Origin: Ruditapes philippinarum
Lineage: Eukaryota
Reading direction: 5' to 3'
DNA: 64,000 nt
Assembly (NCBI RefSeq): GCF_026571515.1
Contig: NW_026867092.1
Span: 248,001-312,000, forward strand
Shown here: positions 40,401 through 51,492 of the stretch, piece by piece
How the letters are laid out: every line of letters begins with the position of its first letter
Position numbering within the stretch: the first letter of the stretch is position 1
The notes under the pieces: model-generated
The model's database searches: none
Told to the model about the DNA's origin: nothing
Seen by the model: only the letters and a program-made list of their open reading frames with translations
Program-made: the position numbers and the translations under genes

Positions 40401-43095
40401 TCTTCTATTTTTTTCTTGTGAGGAAGCTGTCCAGTTAGCTAACAGAATGTCGGTGGTTCTATTTAGGTGCCCGTTTTTGCCTGAAATAATGCATAGGGTT
40501 GTCTGAGCTCTTTCTCCACCAGTAAAGCTGGAAAGTCACCAATTATGATCTATACTGTGTTGGTGACCGGAAAAGAATAAAATAAATTATAAACAAGTTC
40601 ACTGAAAAGCAAGAGGCAACATTGTGTAAATGACAAAGTATTTTTATTTATCTTACCAGCTTGCCTTGAGTTTAATGTAATTCCTCTGATTAGATGTTCA
40701 TGAATACTCTAGTATGTTGGTCTAAATATTCTCAATAGTGTCATTAAAAATTGTTTTCTTATTGTGTGTCACATAGGTGAGACATTTGACGTAAAAGTCA
40801 AGGTCATACATTTTAGTCACATATTTGTGTGTGATATGCATATTGTGAATATCTGTAGATATGAAACATTTAATATCTCTATGTTGATGAGACTATATGT
40901 AAATATGTAGGTTCCATGGACGTAATGACTAAAGGTTAGTTTTTCATGTTGAATTCTTTTCATGTTGAATTCTTCATTTTCTTGAAGTTGAAAAGAAGAC
41001 CATGGCTTTTTAAACTAATTTCATAGACAGATGGCTTTGCTTGTAAATAGAATTTTAATACAAGAAAAGTCACATATTTTCTATTACTTTCAGACACATC
41101 CCACTCAGACAGCGTTTTTATCGAGTGTAGATCTTCATACACAATATCCCTACCAGCAACTGATGCCAGAGGCTATTGCGATAGTTGTCTCTCCAAAATT
41201 TAATGAGTAAGTTGGAACTTTTAATCATTGATATTTCAAAGCTTTACTAGTATTTCATATATTAGATTCATGCAGATAGCAAGATACTGTACATGGATCT
41301 GAGATATATTGATAGATGTGAATAGTAATTTCAAAATTATTTATATTGACAGCTTTTTATTTCTTTTTAAAAAAAGGGTATTTTATTGATATAGTGTACT
41401 CAGCTATCAAGCAATGAAGAGTAACCACATGTCACTCATGTTGCTAATCTGTTGGTATATTCTACAGCGATATAATGGAAGATCTCAAAAGTGGGAATAA
41501 AATAGAAAATAAATAAATGAAAATTCTAGATTCAAGTTCATGAGAATAACAACACCCCTCACACCCATAGCACCTGCTTAAAGCAGTATTCATTCTTGAA
41601 CATTAACTGTACAATTGTATTGGAATTGTTGATCTCTAAGGACCAAATTAATTTTTTTAAAACTGTTTTGTTAGATATTTATGTTGAACTTCAATGAATA
41701 AATGTAAATATTTTGTTACAGAACGGGTGTTTTCATGTTGACGCCAGACATAGGTTTACCAGAAGTAGCTAAATGTAGTAAAAGAGGGCACCATGAACAC
41801 ACAAAACATCCACCTGTATTTGAGGTAGATATAATTGAGCCGCGTCATGACAAAACCAACATAGTGCGTTTGAGACCAGCATGGATCCAGACCATGCAAC
41901 GCCTCTGCGCAGTCTGATCAGGATCCATGCTGTTCGCTTACCAACCCTATTACAAGTAGAGAAACTGATAGCGAACAGCATGGATCCTGATCAGACTGCG
42001 CGGATGTGCAGGCTGGTCTGGATTCATGCTGGTCGCAAACGCACTATGTTGGTTTTGTTGTGATGCGGCTCATATATCAATTTAATACCCCACATATCTG
42101 ATATTTACTGGAGCACTCTTGATCACTTCTGTTCTATAAATTTTCACTAATTTACATGATCTTTGCAATGTTATTAGTAACCACCTCCGTGGGGTTAGAG
42201 TCAATGACTATTAATCCAGTTACCTCTCTGGCGTGGGTTTGATCCCCGGGAGATGCTTTGGTAGTTTAGCATGGAGGAAGGTAGTCTAGTACTGGTGTAA
42301 CTCTCCAGGAACGATGGTTAGGAAACTACCCACCTATATGACTTAAATGCTGTTGGGAAAAGGCATTAAATGAAACAAACAAACAATGTTATTAGTAATT
42401 TCTTTTTTGATATTTAAAGAAAGTTTTACTTAGATGAAAATTTAAGAGGTGATTGATAAAGTTGCCAAAATGCTTAATTACTAAAATTTGGAATAGATTA
42501 AGAGAAAAACAAAATACATTGTGACAAACCTATACTCACAACTGACATAGAGCTCAAATATTATTTAGATACAATAACAAGCAATAAAGATTTACATTGT
42601 ATGTTTAACAACAATACTATGTAGTTCTTGAAGCACGCAAACATCAATGTACGGTCATGCTGACATAACCAAAATTTATATGTATTGTTGTACCCATATT
42701 TTACTTGTCTGTAAGAATATGCTACTCTGTGTAATACAAAAGATAATTCCTTTAAAAACTAATTTTGCATTACCATAAATATTCACTTTTTATTTGGACA
42801 TATATAAATGTGTTGAAACCATAAAATATAACACTAATTAAATTTATTTTTAGCTTTAATATTTGTTAATTTAAAGCTGTTGTTAGAATATTTAAATCTT
42901 TGAATGTAAAGAGGGTAAAAGTAAAGATTTAATGGAAGAATTTTATAATGACATAAGGAATGTGAATAAAATATGTTTTATATTTTTTTATCAGAAAGTA
43001 AGCTTTTGATTTTCATTTCTTATTTTCAGACATGCTCCCATGCAAGATTTGTTGATGATAAAAATATAGTTTTAGTGGATCTGAGGACCAAATGA
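34437..43095 (+). CDS. STAMBP: STAM-binding protein / AMSH, JAMM (MPN+) K63-specific deubiquitinase, 458 aa
   Basis: Coding exons 34437-34663, 36899-36974, 37620-37712, 38059-38432, 39224-39410, 40216-40353, 41094-41206, 41722-41824 and 43030-43095. All are GT-AG with compatible phases and total 1377 nt. Motifs: MIT-like N-terminus (RRYLRSG...[10 protein letters not shown]), SH3-binding [20 protein letters not shown] motif [19 protein letters not shown], second Zn site C-x5-H-x-H. Confidence 0.97.
34714..36755 (-). mobile_element. Helentron/HINE-like element with ~167-bp repeats in the first coding intron of STAMBP
   Basis: TTTTAGCTCACCTGTCAC..GTGACAGGGTGAGC hairpin and (GTCC)n at the left end; CAGGTGAGCG...GCCCTCTTGTT at the right end. 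The repeats are reverse-complement relatives of those at 11-12 kb. Confidence 0.85.
35556..36000. mobile_element. MITE with 3-bp CTG TSD (PIF/Harbinger-like) nested in the HINE element
   Basis: CTG|GCCCCGTGTTCAC...GTGAACACGGGGC|CTG interrupts the repeat motif AAAGCCCTGGGGTC. Subterminal GATCAG/CTGATC repeats. Confidence 0.8.
37093..37327. mobile_element. Palindromic MITE, GAG...CTC termini, ATAT TSD (Sola-like, tentative)
   Basis: Long inverted arms GAGCCACGTCTCGACAAAACCAACAT...ATGTTGGTTTTGTCGTGACGCGGCTC. A second copy lies at 41837-42071. Confidence 0.85.
40415..40565 (+). mobile_element. SINE fragment, same family as 51847-52105
   Basis: GTGAGGAAGCTGTCCAGTTAGC...GGTGCCCGTT...CTGAAATAATGCA matches the reverse complement of the 51.9-kb copy. 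Confidence 0.65.
41837..42071. mobile_element. Palindromic MITE, second copy, with its central part inverted relative to the 37093 copy
   Basis: GAGCCGCGTCATGACAAAACC...GATGCGGCTC. Starts 12 nt after the donor at 41824/41825. Confidence 0.85.
42181..42383 (+). mobile_element. tRNA-derived SINE (5' end degenerate) with 15-bp TSD
   Basis: TSD CAATGTTATTAGTAA at 42166-42180 and 42384-42398. B-box-like GGTTTGATCCC and (AAAC)n tail. Homologous to 22798-23006. Confidence 0.85.
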
Positions 43096-45236
43096 ATTGA
43101 ACAATTATAAACAAATGATTCTGTAGATTTCCTTGTCAGATTAGAAGAGACTGTGAATGTAAGGAGAGGGCAGTAACAAAGAAATGTTTGATATAAAATA
43201 TTGATGACTTTACAATTGTTAGAAATTTTGGCTATGAATATTATAGTGTTTTTTTTTATTGTAATTTTATAACATTAAGTTGTTGTGTTTTTTTTTTTTG
43301 CAAGATTCAAGTTTTAAATTTTGATGATTGTTAAAATATATTTTTACAAACCTGATTTTGTTTTAATTCGTTACAATTTAAAAGAAAAGTAATATTAATT
43401 TTCTTTCATGTCATGTATAGTATCTATCAGTCTAATATACACATTATATTTTCTCGGAAATTTGGCAATTTCTTTATACAGTGACCTAGCAGTCTGACCA
43501 GTTACAAATTCATGACATTTGCTGTAGAAAAATTTTTCAAATATCTTTTATATTTTGAAAGAGGTTTTCTACAATTAAATCTTAATAGTGTGTCATAACA
43601 GCTGTTAGAAATCGTATAGTCTTTTATAACATGAAACATTGATATAATGAAGTTTGTTTTCATGTTAACTATATGTATCAACCAATTCTAACTTTTTGCT
43701 CTCCTGCCATGCAAAATACTGGGAACTTTTAGAAACACCCTGCCCTGCATAGACAAGTTTGTTGGTAAAATCTCACATAAATGTCTCAGCTCTGTAAGTT
43801 GGAAGTACCAATTGCTAAAAAAATAAAACCATCTGTATTGAAAATAAAATTTGCTAGTTCCTCAATCATTCTACACCCTACCTTGATGTTCTAACTTAGC
43901 ATAAAACAAATCACTATTAACTGTTGAACTTATCTATTATGAGTAATTTTATAGTCATACTTTATGTTATTTTTGAATATTTCTTTGTTCTGTAGAGAAA
44001 ACTGGGATCATTTTTATTTCTTTTTAGATAAAGCTGCTTGAGTAAATCTGTTGTGAAATCAGTGTAAATATTTAATCTAGTCATTCAAACAAAATTAGCC
44101 TTACAATATGTATGTGATATCTAGATGTCAGTGATATTGTAACGTTGCTATGGTAACATCATTTTAAGCTTTTTGTTAGTTATGCTGATGTAGCGCTCTA
44201 TTGTCAACTTTTTGGACAGATACTGGGAAAACCATGTACATCTGTACAATATTCACAGGTCTGGGTACACCATCTGTAGAAAAGACGCAACTGTATTTTA
44301 TTTCCTTATGTGTGTGTTCTAAGTTTAATAAGGGTCCATACACTTTCAGGCACTGAGAGTACCAACCCCTTTCCTTACCTGCTGTATTCTTCCATTTAAA
44401 TAATTCAAAGATAAGATTGGTGAGTTACAAAATCTACATGTATTTGCATATACAATGTGAGATATTAAAATAGTCTACACAAATAAAACAAATAGTGCAA
44501 TATAATGATTACTTTTACTATTTTTAAACTGTAATGAAGAAAATTTAGTTACTTCTCTTTGTAGGTAATTTTTTGGCCTTCTTGGCTGAGTGCTTAATGT
44601 AACTTAATTTGCAACCTGCTGTGGCTTTTTATTGTTAGGGACTTCAGAGTCTCTCATGTTAGGAAGCTATTCATGGATTTGCACTGATGGTCATCCAGGA
44701 GTTAAGTTGGAATATTGCCATACGACTTGTTCAGTATTATTGTGATTTTAAACCTTAGCAATCTAATTTGATGTACTTGACTTAGCCTAAAAATCCTGAA
44801 GAAAACCACTTAAAGATATTTGTGAGAAATATATTTTACTCCAACAAATTAATATAGGAAGTTGTTTAATTTTCAAGTTTAAAGGGATTTAAGCTCTTTG
44901 AAAGGTTGAACATTTGTCTTTTGTCAGTACTTCTTGTATTTACACCAAATCTTTATAATAAAACTTCTTTTATACTCTTCTTCAGATTTTTCCAACATAA
45001 GTAATGTTTACACTATTTTTATTGCCATAGTGACAGATGAACTTAATACCTGGAGGTTTAATGAAATCTTCAATATTGTTTTGTATTTAATTGACATGAA
45101 AAAGTATTTTTTATAAAGGTACTAAGTGATATAGGGCTTTGGAGATTCATAATGTTTGTATACATGTAAAAGTAGTTGAACTTCATTTGATATTATTATT
45201 TGTTTTTAAGTATTAAGGAAACTTAATAATGATAAA

Positions 45237-45517
45237 AAGAGCAAATGTACTCGCCCAGACATCGGCTTGACACTTTGGTTAAGTTTTTGCTTGCAAGTTG
45301 GTATCTCCAAAACTACTGAAGGGAATGGGTTGAAACTTCACATGGTTATTTTAGAGCATAAATGAGGTTATTGTTTCAGGCCAATAATTCTGACATAGAT
45401 TTTTGACAGAATTATGGTCCCTTTTAAACTTAGAAAATTTTACATTATTCAGGCTCTTGTTTTACTATCAAGAACTGAGAATAGTTGAGCACACTGTCCC
45501 TCAGACAGCTCTTGTTA
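45237..45517 (-). mobile_element. Short, degenerate HINE-like remnant
   Basis: Ends in CTGTCCCTCAGACAGCTCTTGTT like the 32856-33870 element; contains one decayed internal unit. Confidence 0.55.
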
Positions 45518-46509
45518 TATACCGGTATAGATATATATTTCAGAATACAATGTACATTGTATAATTTTGTTGTTGTTTTTTATTTGACAATTTGCTATTG
45601 TATAATTGAGAAGACATGGTGTATGTGTGCTATTGTTATTGTATATTGTTTCTGTGAAGTAAGTGTAAGACTTGTCACTTTTTATTGGAAAAATATAAAA
45701 CAATTCTGTATAATTTTCTTTAATTTATTCTTTAAATATGGTACTTTATATAGCATATTCATATGTTTTTCTAAGATTGTACCTTATTCTGTATATGCTA
45801 TCCTATAAAAGTTGTTGAAAGTTTTTACATAATTGTGAGCTATTATATAAGTAAACATATAAAAGTAAAAGATTTCGTTAATTTTTTGTGCCTGCAGATG
45901 ATCACTTTAATTCTGAAACTGACAATTCGGCTTTTTTTTTCAGTCTGTCTATTTATTTCCATTGTCTTGATTACAGTAGTTACTAAAACTAAAATTTATT
46001 AGTACATGTATATGAATTAATACAGGCAAGTTAAATATTTGTCCTAATATAATGACCAAAACTTAAGAGTTTGTTACTAAATGTAATGGATCTGTATTGT
46101 TGGACTTAGTCTAAATGTATCAGGTGTTTGAAATCTGAAAAGCTCAGACCTTAACGTTGATTTACCAGTAACATAATGCTCTGGTTGCTTATTTCTTGTC
46201 CGTATTTTTAGTTACCTCCCTTGACTGTAATAAAGTCAGTGAGGTTGAAGCGTTTATTAGAATCTATATATCCAAGCCTCCATCATGTAGGTGACTTGTA
46301 CTTCAAAATCATAAAGTGACATCTATATTTAGTGTTACTAATTTGTGCTAACAATGTCCAATTAAACAAATTTCAGTTATACATTCTCAATACATGCTTA
46401 GTTTTCATATACCACCAAAATATTTTAAAAAAAAAGAAAAAAATGATTATAAAGTGGTTTGCTCCTAATTATCATTTGTTCATACACCTGATTACTTTAT
46501 ACACGTGTA

Positions 46510-48526
46510 CTATTCTAACATGGGTAATTTCCATTCATAAAGTCCAGCGTTACATTCCGCCCAGTAAGACAAACTTTTCATCCTCTGAAACCATATGCTA
46601 AGTTGAGACCAATTGTCTAGTTTATAATTCCTTAATTCTATGAGAGCCAGGTTTGTTGCCATGGATATATCAACAATTGTCATGTCGTCACCACACATAT
46701 ATTTCTGACCTTGTAGCTGACGGTTCATGTAGTCAAATGTTTTCCGCATGGCCCCTTCTTTGTCCGTGTCCGGAGGTTTCGCTTGAAATAACTGCGGGTA
46801 CTGTAATAACCGTTAACAATGAATAAGTCAATAAATGAGCATCATGTACATGATATTTCCCTAGCCCTTAACCTGCTGGAACCGGAATTGACCAGCCATT
46901 TTCAACAGTATAGAACCTGGCTAGCCAGCATATCTATGCAGTCTGACCAGGATCTATACTGTATTTATCTTGATATAGTTTGAACTTGACAAATCCTGTA
47001 CAGAGATTTAGCAGGTTAAGGGGGAAACAGAGTTGGATTGTTTGAGTGAAAACGACAATTAAATACTTATTTTCATACACATGACATATTTTTAAAAGAA
47101 AACAATACATGTTATACTACTAAAACTCCGGTTCAAAATACATGCGTGGCTTTAGAAAAAGTTCTCTATTAAAACGGAAAGGAAGTAAAGCACAGTATAT
47201 TTCATATTATTGTGTGTACTGTGCAGTCATCTGTTATTTTTAATATTCAACAAAATGTGATTCCTCAATAATAATTTATGCAAAAAATAGTAGTTTTTTT
47301 CCCAAAAGAATATTTAGTAATAGTGTCTACCATGTATTCACTGATTGTTTTATAAACGGAGCCTAGATCATAGTGTAGTAGTCTGTCACACACCGCCCTC
47401 TGCTGGAGATCCTTTGGATATAACCTTGTGTTCTTCCCGTAACGAGACACTATATACGTCATGATCGGCCGACTGTAAGGATAGACCACAGATATATAAA
47501 TTAACCCTTAGTCTGCAGGCGACGATGAATCTGCCCATGCGACCAGTGCAGACCAAGATCAGCCGGCACATCCGTGTCGCGTGATCATGTTCTGCATTGT
47601 TTGCTATTCAGTCAATGGTTATTTTGAAATTTTCTCTAAAAATGATAACAGCTTTTGTTCATAATGAAAGATGGACTAGTCCATTTAAGATATTAAGTTA
47701 GGCATGGGTAAACACTCATTAAAAATGGAAAACTTAAGATCAATGAGAATATGTTTTAAGTAACACCAAATTGTGCAGGTGATGTGACAACATTCTAGAA
47801 ACACTTGCGGACACGAGCGTTCACTATGACAGTGTTACTGGTTTCCGTTAGCTAGATGAACAGTTTCGTCTCTGAAATAGCTCACAATTTTTGAGATTCG
47901 AAAACATAGCAGTGATGGAAATGTGATGTTAATATATCATTATGATTTATGAATGAACATACCTTTCCCAAAGAGAGAAATCCCCATCTTGTAAGGTAGG
48001 CACCGTTGTATCTGGGTTAATCTGTAAAAAAGTGTTCTTTAATTATATCTCAGCACATGAATTACGACGTATGACAAAATGGCGCCAAAGGTTTTTGTGA
48101 ATACATAAATAGATTGTACAATTAATTTTAAGATTTACTTTAGAAAAAAACAACATAATTTCAATCATAATATTCTCACTGAATGTTAATATTATTCTTT
48201 AATTACAGCAGACGTTATTCTAACGCGTCTGCAAATAGATTGCTATAAATAAAATTTCAAATTATTTCGATGCTTAATATACTTCCCCTGTTTTATATCA
48301 TCAAGAGTTGTTAATTCTGACAAGACACAATTTATGAATGGTGCCAATTATATACCTTTGCAAATTCCGGCGTTTTATGTTCACCTTTGAACAAATCCAG
48401 GTATCGTATGGTAACAGGAATATTAGCTGCCTTGGCTGTCATCCATACAGCCCGCGAGGGGGCGCTCAATCCGTGAATATAAAGGATCAGGTTCTTTGGG
48501 ACAGTCGTGCTAGGTCCAACACCCAT
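46510..48526 (-). CDS. Glutathione S-transferase, Ser-type (theta/delta-like), 220 aa
   Basis: Exons 48526-48356, 48021-47963, 47472-47331 and 46800-46510 (GT-AG, 663 nt). Motifs SAPSRAV, GEHKTPEFAKINP..TVPTL.DGDFSLWESRPI, LYPKD...RA and YMCGDDMTIVD. Confidence 0.95.
46865..47023. mobile_element. Small piggyBac-like MITE in a GST intron
   Basis: TIR CCCTTAACCTGCT...AGCAGGTTAAGGG. A related element lies at 47505-47708 (TTAA|CCCTTAG...GGG). Confidence 0.5.
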
Positions 48527-50559
48527 CTTCGAAGAAAAACCAGAAGATATTTTTATTTTTGTTTCTACACAGGATGACGAAATAGAAAAGTGCTTTTGAT
48601 TTGATTCTTTAAAATGTTAAGTTTTTTATACCTTAAATTATACCTTTGCTCGTGTTGTAGAAAGTTTAAAATTTAGATAAATGCTAAACTTTTATTTTCA
48701 AACTTACCGGTTGCAGTGTTATTTCTTCACCCTTGTCTCCAATACATAAACATAGCAACATTTTGTCCTATATAATCCGTATAATAATTTACCAAACATA
48801 TCAACTAGACCAATTTTACTTATTGCTTCGTTACTTTTGATCTTGCTAGAACAATATGTTCATTCAATGCCACGGTTCGTATAATGTCAAAAGAATTCTA
48901 AAGTTCCCTTTACAACGAAGGATATAGAATAACATACTTTCACTTACGAAACATAAATATATTGATTAATAAAAAGTACAAAACATGATCAAAATAATTA
49001 CGATAGAAACATCAAAATTACTTTGTAATTACTTATATGTTCCGCTAACAAAACATCTTAACGCTAGAACTTTATTGGTTCAGACGGACAAACACATTTA
49101 CCGTTTGTGTCGTTTCTGTCAATGCTTATATGTTTTTGCGATGTATCAATGTACCAATATGTCTGTCTTATTACATATACCACATTATTTTACTTTTTTC
49201 CTACTCAAAAAAAAAAATACATTCATGGTTTCTTCTGAAACTGTGAATTTGAAGTGTTCACATGCGTTTATAAATAAATTTTTACTTACCCTAGGTTTAA
49301 CAAAAACTTCCTCCGGTCTTTTCTTGAAACACAAACATAAACAAAGACCACAACGACACATTTCGAAAGTTAAATAACTTCAAGACTTTAAGTATCAAGT
49401 TGATTTTATCTCGCAACCTACCGGGAAACTTTCATTTTATCTTAACCAAGTAAAAAGAATTAATATCGTAAATGCTATTGAAAAATGCTATTAAGTTTAT
49501 TAACAAGAAAAAATGACAATAAGTGATTAAGAGTTAAAAAGTTAGGTAACTTGATATACAAACTTGAATGGTAAAAAACAAAAGCTGGTTTTGAGTGTAT
49601 TATTTTCTTATTGACCCAAACTGGTTACTAACATTCGACAACGGTAACGTTCACGATTGAAATGCAGGGGACGTTGGAAACACCTTCCCTGGGCCTCATT
49701 TTGCATAGATGCATATGGGATTTTAATTAAACATTACGATTATGGTAGATTTTATCATGCAGCCAAATATATGAAGAGATTAAAGATCAAATGAGTTGTT
49801 TCCTACCTGAACCTTTTCTGCCAATAGAAAAATTCTACCTTAGAATAGTATTCATATAGATTCGTGATATTTGGAAAAAGACCATGTCTGAGCTGCAAAA
49901 CGTTCAACACTTACTGTCCAAGACAAAATACCTGTACATTATATACCGTTAGAAATGGATTAGGTTGATAATATGGTGTTCCAATACTGAATTGTTTGGG
50001 TCAGCATAGTCTAATAATGAGGTTGCAGCTGTGTAAATGTCCAATAGAATCAGTATTGTATTCAAAATTGACATTTTTATTTCACATCACAAAATGTTTA
50101 ACAGTTTGACAGAACATTCATACTTTGAGTACAATATGGATTTGATATTATTTACTTAATCTGAAAACAAAAACGAGCTAGTCGGAGTAAAATAGTGATT
50201 TGATGTACATTTTAATGAGGCCAGAAAGAGTACAATAGTGATTTGATACGGAAAGGTTGGACCGACAAAATAAAAACGAGTGATGGGGGGGGGGGGGGGG
50301 CAGGGTGTCACATGGTGCAAGCTGCAAATTCAATGGTTACGTATTCATCTTATAGTTGTGAAATAAAAAGAAGTAAATTCTATTACAACTGAAGTAAAAC
50401 ATGCAAACAGAAATTTTGACTGTAAGTATTTCTATTATCCTTTGTTTCCAAATCTTTATTTATATGATTCTGAATATCGTTATCTCATCAGGAGGCATGT
50501 GTATTTAAAGTGTTGTTAATATTTTCCTGCTTAACAGAAATGCATTGCACATATCTTCC

Positions 50560-50915
50560 ATAAATAGAGGATATTGAATGAGTGTAAGTTCAATACTGAA
50601 TTTATTGCACGAGTTGAATAAAATTATATTATGCGAGCCTCTGGCGAGCATAATATTATTTTATTCAACGAGTGCAATAAATTCAGTAATGAACTTACAC
50701 GAATTTAATATTCTATTTATCACATACCAAAATTAAACACCGTTTAAGGTGAAATAAGAGTCATCATTCATTGACGCGCCTAAAGTTTAACGCTAACATT
50801 AAGCGCGTCTTTACATTATGCTTGTATAATGCTAATGACGTCACGTCAAAATATATGCACGGCCGTGCAATACCATATTTACGGAGTCGTAAAATCGGCA
50901 CGGGTGTGTGATAAA
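50560..50915. repeat. ~160-bp imperfect palindrome (50560-50720) with a downstream inverted TTTATCACA/TGTGATAAA pair; probable non-autonomous element
   Basis: TGTAAGTTCAATACTGAATTTATTGCACGAGTTGAATAAAA...TTTTATTCAACGAGTGCAATAAATTCAGTAATGAACTTACA around an asymmetric core GCGAGCCTCTGGCGAGC. Confidence 0.75.
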
Positions 50916-51492
50916 CAGTATTATGTTATTAAAAAATCAGTTCATTACAGTTTGTTAAACGATATAAAAATAAAATAATATTTTTTAAGTTAATTTACAT
51001 ATTGACGGACATTGTGATACAAAACATTAATGTATAAACGTTTCAATAGATTCGTTATTTTGAGAGAGACTCAAACATGGCAGGGGTTTCACAGGTCCGA
51101 GTTTTGGGTATGAAATGTTCGTATTAATTGTCAACACTTGGGAGTTAATTATAAAAAGACCTTTGCACACTAATACAAATGATCAATAGGAAAATATACG
51201 TTAAAAATTATCTTCACCTCCAGATCATACATGTATATATCTACTACAGACTGGTTATCTACCTTTATATAGATATAAGACAACAACACAAACACAAATT
51301 TACAATTGAAAATTCTTTATTTCTTATTGCACTTTTTGAAATATTACAATTTTTACTCCATTAGGAAGTATAGTTTATTAATTGGCAAAATCTGTTTTTT
51401 TTACAGTAGATAAATCAGTGATTCTGTTAGGGTAAAATTATATGGCGCTCGTTGCTTGTCTCGAATACAAAGTCGTCTATTTAATAGATGAT

